Origin: Octopus vulgaris
Lineage: Eukaryota
Direction of reading: 5' to 3'
DNA length: 64,000 bases
Assembly: GCA_951406725.2 (NCBI GenBank)
Contig: OX597823.1
Span: forward strand, 90,210,001 to 90,274,000
This document shows, in pieces, positions 37,669 through 52,285 of the stretch. Below the pieces are notes generated by a model. The model did not search any database. It was given only the letters and a program-made list of their open reading frames with translations, and was not told the DNA's origin. Position numbers and translations under genes: made by a program. Numbering within the stretch: position 1 is the first letter of the stretch; every line of letters starts with the position of its first letter.

Positions 37669-38165
37669 TTTTGTTTAGGATGGGAATAATTACCAACACA
37701 GGAACATGTATCATACATCAAAATGAAGCTGGTCCTCTCTGTGGATCACATTCCTGCTTCTCAACATAGTCACCGTTTCTCTCAATAGCAATGTTCTACT
37801 TTCGAATGAGAGCATGTATTCCTGCCCCGTAAAATTCTGTTGACTGTTCTTTGAGCCACTTCTTCACTACAGTTTTCACTTCCTCATCACTGGAATAATG
37901 TTTGCCTCTCAAACCCTCTTTCATGGGGCCAAAGAGCTGATAGTGTGATGAGGAAGTGAAAGCTGTAGTGAAGAAGTAGCTCAAAGAACAGTCAACAGAA
38001 TTTTACGGGGCAAGGACACATGTTCTTATTCGAAGGTGGAACATTGCTATTGAGAGAAACAGTGACTATGTTGAGAAGTAGAGATGTGATCCACAGAGGG
38101 CCAGCTTCATTTTGATGTATGATGCATTTTCCTGTGTTAGTAATTATACCTGTCCTAAACAAAAT
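37669..38165. mobile_element. Fold-back element made of two inverted mariner 3' ends
   Basis: Arms 37669-37890 and 37945-38165 are reverse complements; minus strand encodes YQLFGPMKEGLRGKHYSSDEEVKTVVKKWLKEQSTEFY (mariner C-terminus). Confidence 0.9.
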
Positions 38166-39282
38166 GAAGCCTGGAGGGTATATCAACCGAAATGTTGTTA
38201 ACAAATAAGATGAGGACAATTATCCGTCAAATGTAAATAATGCGCATAATTCCTCATCTCTTAAATATAAAATTGAAATTAATTTATATCTTCTACTAGT
38301 TTTTCTCAGACTGTGGCCATGCTGGGGTGCCAACTTGAAGAGTTTCATTGAACAAACTGGCCCCAGTTCTTATTTTTGAAGTCTCGTATTTATTCTATCA
38401 GTTTCTTGCGGCACTGCTAAGTCACAGGGAGGAAAAAATTAAATTGCAGATTCTGAGTCTCAGGAGCAGAAAAAAATCTGAAGTCATGGGAGGATGTGGG
38501 GTTGGGAGTGGGTCAGGAGTTAAAACAAATACATGTGGAAAGAAATAAATTGGTGGGATTGGTTTGTCAAACCCCCTACATTCTTAATTGAGACTTCCCC
38601 ACCTAATTACAGAAAGAAAACAAAATCAAATAATAATTATTAGCAGCTCTCTCTCTCTCTTCAAAAGTGTGTGTATATATATATGTATGTGCATATGGGT
38701 ATATATATATGTGTATGTATGTATGGGTATATATATATGTGTATGTATGTATGAGTGTATGTATGTATGTATGAGTGTATATATGAATGTATGTATGTGT
38801 ATCTGTGTGTATGCACATTTGTATGTGTGCATGTCAAATATGTGTGTGTATATATATTTATATTTGTGTGTGTAAATCTAATATAATAAATGAGAAAACT
38901 AATATCTGTGTGTCAGTGTGTCACACTTAGACCCCCCCCCTCTCACTTTTCAATGACACTTTTACCATTCCTCATGATAAGGTGAGGGTAATAGTAGGCA
39001 TAGAGACGGTGAGGGCAGTTGCAAAGAGAGAGTGAGAGAGAGAAAAAGAAAAAGAGACAAAGAAATTTAAGGGAGAATTGATGTTGTTTTATTAAAAGTA
39101 GTAGTGTTGATGGTGGCAGTGGGAGTAATAATAAAAGGGAGAGAAAGAGTAAGTATGTGAGAGAAAGAAGATGTACAACTTTGATTAACCATGTCTCTTT
39201 GACAGAAATTCCTGTGGCCAACTTACTGAACCTGAACCAACATACTGAACATTATAATTTTTGTTTTATTTTGCTTTCTTTA

Positions 39283-39317
<35 letters not shown>

Positions 39318-39360
39318 AAATACACTTTAATTGAAATAATATTTCCCCCAAATTAAATAT

Positions 39361-39831
39361 ATCTAATATAATAAATGTGTGTGTCAGTGTTGGGATCAGG
39401 CGGACTCTGTGAGTAAATTAAAAACATTCTGGGCCGAATCCAGACCCACAATCCTGATATTCTGGATTCCGAATTGTTGTTACTCTGATTGCTTTTGGCA
39501 ATTTTTTAACGTAACTTTTTGTGAGAAACTTTTTTGAACAACAACAATTTTTATAATCTAAATGCTAACTCTGTGAGTAAATTAAAAACATTCCAGGCCG
39601 AATCCAGACCTGAAATCTTGAAAATTTGGATTCCTATTTTCAATAATGCGATTACTTTTGGCAATTAAAAAGAAAATTTTTTTTTTTTTACATGATTTTT
39701 TGTGATGAATATGATCATCATTGGGATGTGACTCTGGAGGAAGCAATTGCAACAAATTCTTCAAAACAAATCAGAGATCTGTTTGCAGATTTTCTCATTC
39801 GGGGTCAGTTGCTTAAAAGCTACATACTAGC
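39361..39831 (+). mobile_element. Possible non-autonomous Helitron-like element
   Basis: Start ATCTAATATAATAAATG (repeated at 38876), an internal direct repeat of about 45 bp, and an end region CGGGGTCAGTTGCT...CTAG. Confidence 0.4.
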
Positions 39832-40114
39832 TTAAAAGCGCCGATATGTGTGTGTGTGTATATGTATATATACATACATACATACATATATATAGCTATT
39901 ATATATTCATATACACACATTTTATCTGAGAATGTAGATGCAGCTGTGCATGAAACATCTTGCAACATACAAAAAGGTGTGTATGCATATATATATACAT
40001 ACATATGTGTATGTATATATATAATGTGTATGCATATATAAATATGTACACACATATGTGTGTATATATAAACATGTACATACATATGTGTGTATATATA
40101 AACATGTACATACA

Positions 40115-40154
<40 letters not shown>

Positions 40155-41324
40155 CATATGTATATGTGTATATATGTATGTGTATATGCATATATGTACG
40201 TATATATGTTTATATGTATATATGTGTGTGTTTGTATGTATATATACATATGTACATATACACGTGTATATGTATACATGTGTATAAATATATATATATA
40301 TCTACTTACACACAAGCGTAATATTAAGGAACATTAAACAAAAAATACTACCAGAGTCCCAGGAGATGTCACTGAATGAAGTGGGGGTGGGGAGCGGTCA
40401 AGCACAAATATAAAAAAAAGAATATAAGAATGGAAGGGGGCTCACAACCCTACTGTTTTGTTTTTTGTTTTTGTGTCAGAGGGCCGAGGGTGGGGTTTGT
40501 GGAGTGGAAATGGGGCAGAGGCTGAGATTAATGCCGCAGATGAAGCAGTGCAATGCAAATAGATGAAGATGAGATTGGTGATGATGATGGTGGTGGTGGT
40601 GGTGAAGAGGGGGATGAAGGTGATGGTGAGGATAATGAAACTAAAGAGGGTTTCCAAAAATTAACGATGCAATTATTTTCCTCCTGACAACAACAATATT
40701 TATCTGTCTGTGTCTGTCTGTCTGTCTGTCTACGCACCCATCCATTAACCTGTCATTACTTATTTTGAACCTTATTTAGTTTCATCATCATTATCATCAT
40801 TACTGCCATCATTATCATGTCATTATCACCACCACCACCACCACCACCATTATAATCACTATCACCATCACTACTGCTATCATCATCATCACTATCATTA
40901 TCACAATCACCATCATCATCATCATCATTCAATCCACCTCACTTGCATTGCACTGCATCTTCTGCAGAGTTAACCCCAGCCTCGACCTCCCACCCCCTAC
41001 AACATTACCTCAACACTCCACCCCCATTCAAAGCCATCTGGCACAAAATAAAAATAAAAACCAAAAAGGGTAGGATTTTGGAACCCCGCCCTGCTTTTTT
41101 TTTTTTGTGTGCTTCACCCCTACCTCCCTTCATTCAGTGATATCTCGTGGGATTCTGGCGGTTTTTCTTGTTTATTGATGCCTGTTTTGTAAATATCAAG
41201 CTTGTGTGTGTGTTAGAGAAAGTGTGTGTGTGTGTAGTTTATTTACAACATAGATGTTTCATCTGGAGATCAGCACGGCTGCATCCAGATCATATAGAGT
41301 ATAAAGAGGGTGTATATATGTGTG

Positions 41325-41355
<31 letters not shown>

Positions 41356-42165
41356 GAGCTGACAGAAACGTAAGCACGCCGGGTGAAATGCCTTGCGGTA
41401 TTTTGTCTGCCGTTACTTTCTGAGTTCAAGTTCTACCAAGGTCAACTTTGCCTTTCATCCTTTCGGGGTCGATTAAATAAGTACCAGTTATGCACTAGGG
41501 TCGATGTAATTGACTTAGTCCCTTTGTCTGTCCTTGTTTGCCCCCTCTATGTTTAGCCCCTTGTGGGCAATAAAGAATTATATATATACACACAAATATA
41601 ACTGACTGGCGCTATCTGTCTGTTTCTCTCTCTCTCTCACAACTTTTCTCTCTCCCTCTCTCATACTCATTACACATTCTGTCTCTCTTATGCATAGTCT
41701 GTCTCTCTCTCTCTGTCTCACTTTCTTTCACTCTACCTTTATCTTTCGTAATAATACAAAAATATATAAAACCATAAAACAGCCACAACGAAAAGAAATA
41801 AAATAACAAACCAACAAAATGAAACAAAAACACACAATAATATCATGCAACAATAACAACAATAACAAATACTCTTATCTGTGTCCCTAAGTATTTTCCC
41901 CTCAGTAATCCAGTGTGTTTAGTTAGAACTCCAAAACACAGTCTTCAGCACACATCAACCTGCCTTGTCTGAGAGTCGACCCAACGTTCTGACTCTTGTG
42001 GCATTCTAGAAAAAAATCAGTTTCAATTTAAATTTTGAACTTTCAACTCTGTAAATATTTTATTATCTTGTTGTTGAAATGATTGGTGTTGTTGTTGTGG
42101 TGATTCTCGTTATTGTCATACTCTTAACTACTTGTTAATGTTAATTGTTACTGCTATTCTAAATC

Positions 42166-43731
42166 ACAAAATATTTCATTATCTCATTTCGGTGTCTATA
42201 TCGCACTTCTGCCACCACCATCATCATCACCCCAAAACTTCCACCAACACCACCACAATTATCATTACCACCACCACCACCACCACCACCACCACCATCA
42301 CCCCAAAACTGCCACCGCCACCACCACCACCACCACCACCACCACCCCAAAACTGCCGCCGCCACCACCACCATCACCCCAAAACTACCACCAACACCAC
42401 CACAATCATCATTACCGGCACCATGACTATTATCATCATCGTCATTGCCACCACCCCAATGCTGCCACCACCACTGCTACCACCACCATCACTAACACCA
42501 CCACCACTGCTACCACCACCATCACTAACACCACCACCATTGCCACCACTACCATCACTAACACCACCACGATCATTGCCAACACTGAGAAAGTGAGACA
42601 GTGCTGTCATCACCACCACCACCATCGTCCTCATTGTCATTGACTACAAGCTTCATAATCAATAGAGCTTAGGCAGAAATGCTTGGCATTATTTGTTCCA
42701 AATCTTTATGTTCTGGGTTCAAATCTTGCCGAGGTCATCTTTGTCTTTTATCCTTCTGGAGTCAACAAAATAAAGTACCTGTCAATCACTGGGGTCAATG
42801 TCATCAACTAACCCCATTCCCTCAAATTTCTACTCTCATGTCCTAAATTAAACCCCAATATTTTTGTCATTATATTCCGTCATTGGTGCCATAGTTGCTG
42901 ATGTTAGTGTTGTTTTAACATCAGCTCATCCCTGCTTAAGCTGACCTGTAATCAAAGACGTCCCAGCTATGACCATCATATTTATTTCCTGATCACATGG
43001 TTCTGGGTTTGGTCCCACTGCGGGACACCTCAGGCAAGTGTCTTCTATTGTAGCCCCCGGACCAACTGGAGCCTTGTGAGAGAATTTGGCAGATGCAAAC
43101 TGAAAGAGGCCTGTTGAATGTGTGCATGTGCATGTATGCATTTGTCTGCACAACTGTTTACAACTGCACTTATCCAAATATCACAGAGCTGCAAGTGGTG
43201 CCACTGTTGTCATTTCATGTCAACAAACCATCCTCTGGCTCTATGTCTTTGAAGATGTGAAATAAGAAACCCCCTGTCTCCCCTAGGGCTAGAAAAACAG
43301 GTAAAGGTTAGCTACAGAGAGAGCACCTGGCTGTAAAACGGTGCCTCAGTAATATATTCATCAAACCCATGGTAGCCTAACCCAGGGCTATGATAAAAGA
43401 CATTTGGTCCAAGGTGCCACTCTGTTGGAAATGGCCCTGTAACAAAATATTTCATTATCTCATTTCGGTGTCTATATCGCACTTCTGCCACCACCACCAC
43501 CATCATCATCATCATCACCCCAAAACTTCCACCAACACCACCACAATCATCATTACCACCACCAAAACCACCACAATCACCACCACAATCACCACCACCA
43601 CCACCACCACAATCACCACCACCACCACCACAACCACCACCACCCCAAAACTGCCACCAATCATCATTACCACCACCACCATGACTATTATCATCATCGT
43701 CATTGCCACCACCCCAATGCTGCCACCACCA
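42166..43731. repeat. Local direct duplication of about 300 bp (42166-42473 and 43442-43731)
   Basis: Identical unique anchor ACAAAATATTTCATTATCTCATTTCGGTGTCTATATCGCACTTCTGCCACCACCA with diverged (CAC)n tracts. Confidence 0.9.
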
Positions 43732-46294
43732 GTTGGGAAAGTGAACTGTATGACCATACCATCATGCTTGTACTTCATTATTTAGATTTAAATGGGGATG
43801 GTCATGGAAAAAAAAAACTAAACTAAACAAAAATGAATACTTAGGACATTATTCAAAAGCTTCCTTTCTAATTGCTGATGAGGTAGGGTTGCAATTTGAA
43901 TAAGATTTAGCTTCTATTTCTAGCAGGGTCCCTCATTGAGTTGTTACTGCCATTTTTACTTTTGTTGATATCGTTGTTCATAGTGTTGTTGTTGCTGTTG
44001 TTATGTTTATCTTTCTGTTGTTCAGACACAAATCATGTGAAATGTTCAAATTGTCGTTTTATAAATTCTCAATTGTCTTTTAAAGTTCTACTTTCAACCT
44101 ACTCATGACAACGGTATAGGTGGTAGAGGTTGTGGTGGCACAAGTGAAAATGGTGGTGTTGACAGTGGTGATGTCGATGGGCTTGGTGATAGGGGTGATG
44201 TTGGTGGTAGTGGTGGTGGAGGTGGTAGTAGTACTGATTCTACTAGTAATGGAAGAAGTGATGATAGTGTTGACGGTAGTGGTGAAGGTGGTGATGTTCT
44301 TGATGGTGGTGGTGGTGGTGATAACTCAATGCTGTTGATAATTGTTACAGTTGTTGGTGTGGTAGTGCAACCCCAAAACAACCCTGATCAAACAACCTTT
44401 TAAACCCCAACCCAGAAACCCTTTCAGTTTTTGTTACATTTTATTCCTCCTCTCGTAGTAATCCTATATCCTTGTTTATCTGCAGACCACAGTGCATGCT
44501 CAGACATGCAATGTAAACTGCAGTGAATGCACCTTGATGGCCTGGACATGTATTCTTTTCTTTTCTACTCTAGGCACAAGGCCCGAAATCTTTGGGGGAG
44601 GGTGGGGGCCAGTCGATTAGATCCACCTCAGCACACAACTGGTACTTAATTTATCGACTTTGAAAGGCTGAAAAGCAAAGTTGACCTCAGCGGAATTTGA
44701 ACTCAGAACATAGAGATGAAATACCGTGAAGCTTTTCGCCCGGCATGCTAACATTTCTGCCAGCTTGCTACCTTTTTTCTTTCACCCCACAAAGATGAAA
44801 GGCAAAGTTAACCTCAGCAGAATCTGAGTTCAAATTCTGCCAAAGTCAACTCTGCCTTTCATTCTTTCGGGGTCGATAAATTAAGTACCAGTTGTGTACT
44901 GGGGTTGATCTAATTGACTGACCCCTCTCCCCCAAAATTTCGGGCCTTGAGCCTAGACTAGAAAAGATCTGGACATGTATTATCTCCACTGTAAACCTGT
45001 TGTAGCTGTTTAGCCCTAGGTCGACCCAAATTGAGTACTCTTATGGTACACAGGGACTTGGTTGAGTCCCCTGTATGTCACCCACAAATCTCTTTCAGTT
45101 GAATCTTTTACTTGTTTCAGTCATTGGACTACAGCCATGCTGGAGCACTGCCTCGAAGGCTTCAATTGAACAAATTGCCCCCAGGGCTTATTTGCCTTTT
45201 TTAAAGTCCAGCGCTTATTCAATTGGTCTCTTTTACTGAACTGCTAAGTTATGGGGGATGTCAAAAAACCAACACCGGTTGTCAAATAGCATGGGACAAA
45301 CACAGACACATAAACACACATATCTACAATGGGATTCCACACAGTTTCTCTCTACTGAATTCCTCCAAATTCCTTCACAAGGCATGGGTCAGCCTTGGGC
45401 TATACTAGAAGACACTTGCCCAAAGTGCCATGCAATGGAACTGAACCTGAGACCACATGGTTGCAATGTGAGCTTCTTAATCCACATAACCACATCTCTA
45501 CCTAGATGATAACCATTTGCTGCAATCTGATGTGCAGTGGTGACGTGCATGGAGTGTAATGCACCAGTCAGGACCTAGTTGCATTCTTGCAATATTGTCC
45601 AGTCTATTTCTGTATGTCCACAGGATCCTGGTGGTAGACACAGTAGAGATGGGACAGGGTGGATTCAAGAGTGATGAAGGATGTCACTGTCAACAAACCC
45701 ATAATATAGAAACTGCAGATTTTCAAATTCAGAAATCCAAATATGCCACACTAGTTGAACATTATACTGTGTGTTCTGGCATTCTATTTTTTGTTGATGC
45801 AGTTTAATCCCAGGTCAGACCTGATTCCAATTGTGACCATCCCATCTTTTTGTTATCTGTACAAAAACTAGGACTTCAATAATACGAAAGTGTCTTTTCC
45901 TAAGGCATTTTTTTTTTGCCTTGTAAGGTACTTGGTGACCCTATTGATGCTGGTACCACATAAAGAACATTAGTGCTGGTACTGTGTAAAAAGTACCTAG
46001 TCACTCTGTAAAGTGGTTGGCATTAGAGAGAGCATCTAGCTGTAGATATTGTGCCAAAACAGAGGCTGGAGCCTGGTGTCCCCCCCCCCCCCCCGCCAGC
46101 TTTCCCAGTTCCTGTCACGCCATCCAACCCATGCCAGCATGGAAAACGTAAAATGATGAGGATGATAATAAGGTGTCATTTAAGGAAGAGTTTGCTGTGT
46201 GGCATAATGGTAATGTTAGTGTTGGCATAGTGGTGGCAGTGGTAGTGGTGTTGGTACAGTGGTGATCATAGCTGAGGTAGTAATAGTATGGCCT

Positions 46295-46590
46295 GGCTCT
46301 CCGTTGGTTACAACGATGAGAGTTCCAGTTGATCCAATCAATGGAACAGCCTGCTCATGAAATTAACATGCAAGTGGCTGAGTACTCCACAGACATACAT
46401 ACCCTTAACATAGTTCTCAGGGAGATTTAGCACGACACAGAATGTGACAGGTACAACTCATTTTTGCTCGGTTGAGTGGACTGGAGCAACATGAAATAAA
46501 GTGTCTTGCTCAAGGACACAAAGCGTTGTCAGGAATTGAACCCATGACCTTTATGGTTGTGAGCCGAATGTCCTAACTGGTGAGTACCAC
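46295..46590 (-). mobile_element. SINE family D. Other copies at about 53465-53810 and 58715-58860
   Basis: Recurrent GGAACAGCCTGCTC(A/G)TGAAATTAACATGCAA(G/A)TGGCTGAGTACTCCACAGACA, with a tRNA-like head on the minus strand. Confidence 0.72.
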
Positions 46591-47092
46591 ATGCATTCTC
46601 GATAGCAGTATAGGTAGTAGTAGCAATATCAGTATAGGTAGTGTGAGTGATGGTGGTTGGTGTTGGTGGTAGTGTAGCTATTCATGAGGTGCAAAAATCA
46701 TTAGGTTGGTAGTAGCAGCAGTAGTAGTAGGGAAATTGGTAATAAACAACAACAATAGCAGCAACAACAACATTGCTCTTAAAAAAAATTGACCATTGTT
46801 ATTTCTTTCTATGGAACACATCATATGTTGAGCAAGTCTTTTGTACATCTAGGCCATGTGTATATCCTGTGACTGTTGACTAAATGAGGCAAGTGATGAT
46901 TTGTTAGCTCTTATAGAAACATCGTTAATGATAAAAATGAGTTTTGTAATTATTTGTAACAAAAACAGCCAAGGAAAACCAACAAACGGAAACAAAGTAT
47001 AAATGCACACGCACACCACATACATATATCTATACATATATTTATGTGTATATGTATCTATGTACACACACACACACATATATAAATGCATT

Positions 47093-47126
<34 letters not shown>

Positions 47127-47138
47127 CACACACATAAA

Positions 47139-47174
<36 letters not shown>

Positions 47175-47578
47175 CACACACATTTATGTGTGTGTGTATG
47201 TACATATGTGTATATACATGTATATATATATACATATACATGTGTGTATATATACACATGTATGTGTATGTATATATATAAATACACATTTGTGTGTGTC
47301 TATGTGTGTGTGTGTGTATATATATATATGTGTGTATGTATATGCGTTTATATGTGTTTCTGTATGTTATCTCTTGCTGTATCTATCTGTCTGTCTGTCT
47401 CTCTCTCTCTCTATCCATCCATTGGCTTGGTTGTATGGTTAAAAGCTTACTTTGCAGCTATTTGGTCTCAGGTTCAGTCCCACTGTACAGCACCTTGGGT
47501 AAAATGTTTTCTATTGTATCTCCAGGTTGACCAAAATCTTGTGAATGGATTTGGCAGATGGCAACCGAAAGAATCCAG

Positions 47579-47622
<44 letters not shown>

Positions 47623-47993
47623 TTGTCTCCTTGTCTGGATATCGTATGACAATTGTTAATGTATGCCACTGCCATACAAACAGTGTCATTCATTTCTAAT
47701 GTTCTGCAAGAACATGTCTTGCCCACAGCTTCTGTTTCCACTCACAAAGCATTAATCACACCTGAGGCAAAGTTGAGGAAATGGTTCTAACATAGGATTT
47801 GAACCTGGAACTATTGATTTGTGATGCAAACGTTTTAACCACAGACACACATACAATTTATTTGTGAGGTACTCTTCTAATCACAAAGGTACACTTGTTG
47901 ACCTCGGTGGAATTTGAACTCAGATCGTAGCGATAGATGAAATACTGCTAAGCATTTCGCCCAGCATGCTAACGTTTCTGCCAGCTTGCAACC

Positions 47994-48038
<45 letters not shown>

Positions 48039-48494
48039 TTAGGTATAGGACCAGCAATTTTGAGAGGAGTAGGGGCAGTTAATATTCTTTTCTAATTTAG
48101 GCAAAAGGTCCGAAATTTTAGATTGACCCCAGTATGCAACTGGTACTTAATTTATCGACTCTGAAAGGATGGAAAGCAAAATCGACCTCAATGGAATTTG
48201 AACTCAGAATGTAGCAGCAGACGAAATACTGCTAAGCATTTTGCTCAGTATGCTCAACAATTCTGCCAGCTTGCTGCCTTAATAATAATAATAACTCTTT
48301 ACTCTTTACTTGTTTCAGTCATTTGACTGTGGCCATGCTGGAGCACCACCTTTAGTCGAGCAAATCGACCCCAGGACTTATTCTTTGGAAGCCTAGTACT
48401 TATTCAATCGGTCTCTTTTGCCAAACCGCTTAGTGACGGGGACGTAAACACACCAGCATCGGTTGTCAAGCGATGTTGGGGGGGACAAATGCAG

Positions 48495-48543
<49 letters not shown>

Positions 48544-49343
48544 GCTTCTTTCAGTTTCTGCCTACCAAATCCACTCACAAGGCTTTAGTTGGCCTGAGGC
48601 TATAGTAGAAGGCACTTGCCCAAGGTGCCATGCAGTGGGAGTGAACCCGGGACCATGTGGTTGGTAAGCAAGCTACGAGTAGTGGCAGTCAGTATTGTGA
48701 ACCTCAGTACTTGATTGGTACTTTATTTTATCAGCCTTGGTGAGATAAAAAGCAAAGTTAGTCTCAGTAGGGTTTGAACTCAGGACACAATGAGCTTGAA
48801 CAAATCTCACAAAGTATTTTTTCTTGTATTTCTAACCATTCCATCAATTCAGAGCCCTGTCTCCAATATGGCTGTGTGTCTTGAAATTCAGTGGGCGGAG
48901 GTGAGTCAGTCCAATCAGTATCAGCATCTTGTATCTCGGTACTCGACTGGTATGCGTTTTATTGACCCAAGATGAATGAAAGGCAAAAAGCTGACCTTGG
49001 TGAGACTAAATAAACAGAAAGCATTTCTATTCTGTCTGATGCTCCAACGAACTTCTTACATGTTTCACTTCATGTACACTTCATTCCATGTTTCCTCTTA
49101 GAACATGTGATGGCTTTTGAATTGTCGACCTTCTTTTTAACTGAAGTTAGCACTTGATGAACCTGGTATCTGCTTTGTCTGATAGCTACACAATATATAT
49201 ATATATGTGTGTGTGTACGTACACATACACACACACACACACACGCATATATAAATTCACACATACATAAATACACACAAACATAACACATCACTACAGA
49301 TTTTATTACATTTTATCTTATCTTTGTGGTATTTTTATTCACT

Positions 49344-49400
<57 letters not shown>

Positions 49401-49669
49401 ATGTATATGTATATATATATATATGTGTGTGTGTATATATATATGTGTGTGTGTGTGTATATATATATATATGTGTGTGTGTGTATGTGTATATATATAT
49501 ATGTATGTGTATATATATATATGTATATGTGTGTATGTGTATGTGTATATATATATATGTGTATGTGTGTATGTGTATGTGTATATATATGTGTGTATGT
49601 GTATATATATATATATGTATATGTGTGTGTGTGTATATATGTATATGTGTGTGTGTATATATATATATA

Positions 49670-49714
<45 letters not shown>
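49344..49714. repeat. (TA)n/(TG)n compound microsatellite. Similar tracts at 23750-24050, 30455-30790, 39850-40300, 47020-47350 and 62685-63120
   Basis: Directly visible. Confidence 0.95.
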
Positions 49715-49718
<4 letters not shown>

Positions 49719-52240
49719 GAGGGTGTTTTATCTGTGCTACAAGCATGACAGCTGACAGTCTCCTGCTTAGATAACACTCATATTGTAATGAGACTGATGA
49801 TGATGCTGACAGCGAAGATGATGATGATGATGATGACGGCAATGATGATGATAACGACAGCCTTAATGAAGCCATCTTGTATAGGGTGTCAGGTGTTGAT
49901 ATAAATATCACTTGCAGCACCATCGTATGTGTGCACACACACACACACGCATGCACACATTATTCATACATATAGTTATATACAGAGTGGTTAATTCACG
50001 TATGTGAATGTGTCTGTGGCTGCTTGTGAGTGCTACTGGTAACATGTAACCAAGTCCAACCTGGTGCATGGCCAGGTTATCAGTGACTAAACTGGCAAGT
50101 GGTGACCCTCGTCATGCAAGCTTGAAGAGGTTGATTTTGGACACTTAAAAGGATGATAAACAAGACCACCCAAAGGATGGATGAACAGAAGTGGGAGAGT
50201 CAGTGTTCATCCAATAATGAGGACAGATGCACATGAAACATCCCTGTCTATGATAAGCGGCAATTTGGAGTGACGAGGGGTGGAGTGCTTTCTGGTTGTT
50301 CATGGCCAGAATGAACAATTCCTCGATGTCACATAACTCTGCTCCAGCATACCTGTACTTATTTACCTGCACCTATTTACAGTATTCTTGTGCCCGTGCT
50401 AGTAGGGTGCCAAAAGCACCATCTGAGTGTGATTGTTGCCAGAGCAGCCAACTGGCTTTCTGTTGGTGGCACATAAAAGGGCATCATTCGAGTGTGATTG
50501 TTACCAACATCACCTTACTGGCACCTGTGCTGGTGGCATGTGTAAAAGGATTCGAGCGAGGTCATTGCCAGTACCGCCTGACTGGCCCCCGTGCCGGTGG
50601 CACGTAAAAAGCACCCACTACACTCTCGGAGTGGTTGGAGTTAGGAAGGGCATCCAGCTGTAGGAACTCTGCCAAATCAAGATTGGAGCCTGGTGCAGCT
50701 ATCTGGTTCGCCAGCCCTCAGTCAAAATCGTCCAACCCATGCTAGCATGGAAAGCAGATATTAAACGATGATGATGATGATCCAGGGTGGGTTGAGCTGG
50801 TTCCTGCCAAAGAGTTCACCATGTTTCTCATGAATGTCGACCACATCTGATGGTCAGTCACAGTTCAGGCTGCAAAGTAATGCTTCTGCTTGCAGCCCAC
50901 AGGTCCAGCTTGCAAATTTGTCCCTTTTGGGAGAGCAAGGGCATTGGATAGCATGGACACTGTAGTTGTCATTTGCTGTTGAGATGTAGAGGTCATGTTT
51001 GGAGTTTCAATGAGAAAAGTTCGCATGTGGTCCCTGGTTACATGCATGACTGTTCACTGAGATATCAAATAAAGAGAATTCATATGTCTCTGAGGTACTT
51101 GTACAACGATTCAGTGAGTGTATATATGTATGTTTAAAACTGGTGACATTGTCTATGTTGAGTTCATTTATGTCCCTTGATACACTTAGCAGTTCAACAG
51201 ACAGATATTGATAATTTCAGAACAAGACTGACATAAGTATGAGGGGCAATGGGGATGTGTGTGTGTGTACAATATGATAGAATAACAGCCGGCATAAGGT
51301 GGTGAGCTGGCAGAAACGTTAGCACGCCGGGCGAAATGCTTAGCGGTATTTCGTCTGCCGTTACGTTCTGAGTTCAAATTCCACTGAGGTCAGCTTTGCC
51401 TTTCATCCTTTCAGAGTCGATGAATTAAGTACCAGTTACGCACTGGGATCGATATAATCGACTTAATCCGTTTGTCTGTCTATGTTTGTCCTCTCTGTGT
51501 TTAGCCCCTTGTGGGTAGTAAAGAAATAGGTATTTCATCTGCTGTTATGTTCTGAGTTCAAATTCAGCCGAGGTCAACTTTGCCTTTCATCCTTTCAGAG
51601 TCAATAAATTAAGTACCAGTTATGCACTGGGGTCGATGTAATCGCTTTGTCTGTGTTTGTTTGTCTCCTCAATGTTTAGCCCCCTGTGGGCAATAAATAA
51701 ATAAGAATAACAGCCTGGAAGACAGTGCTCCAGCATGACCAAGGACAAACGATTGAAATCAGTAAAAAGGAAAAGAAAACACAGACACACACACACATTT
51801 AATTCCAGGAGAGTCTTATCTGCAATACATAGAAGGGTCAGCAGATAGATTTATTTCAAGACTTCATTATCAGTTTTACCTTTTGGCTATCTTAGTTCTA
51901 CAGACTCTTGAGAAGTTTCAGACTGCAGCTGACTGCCAAAACCTTGTTTAAAATCCATGTGATTGGTCAATGTTTCATATGTATGGCAGATGAAGTCCTA
52001 CTCAATGGAACAATTTGATTGGCTCCAAATGTAATATACACAGACACATTGGAGAACTGTGTGAACTTTTGAGGAGTCAGGGCCATAAACATACTTACAT
52101 ATATAGTAGCATGTATGCTTACAGCTATTTCTTACATAAGACACTGTTTCCCCCCTCAATTGTTAAATGTGAGGAAGATGGATATAAAGATGAATAAACT
52201 CAGGTGTTTATGCCAAATTAAATACATGTATATATATATA

Positions 52241-52285
<45 letters not shown>

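Noticed and set aside
42132-42596. Pro/Thr/His-rich ORF (extensin- or mucin-like)
   Set aside because: A (CAC)n low-complexity tract, partly duplicated nearby, with no splice or domain support.
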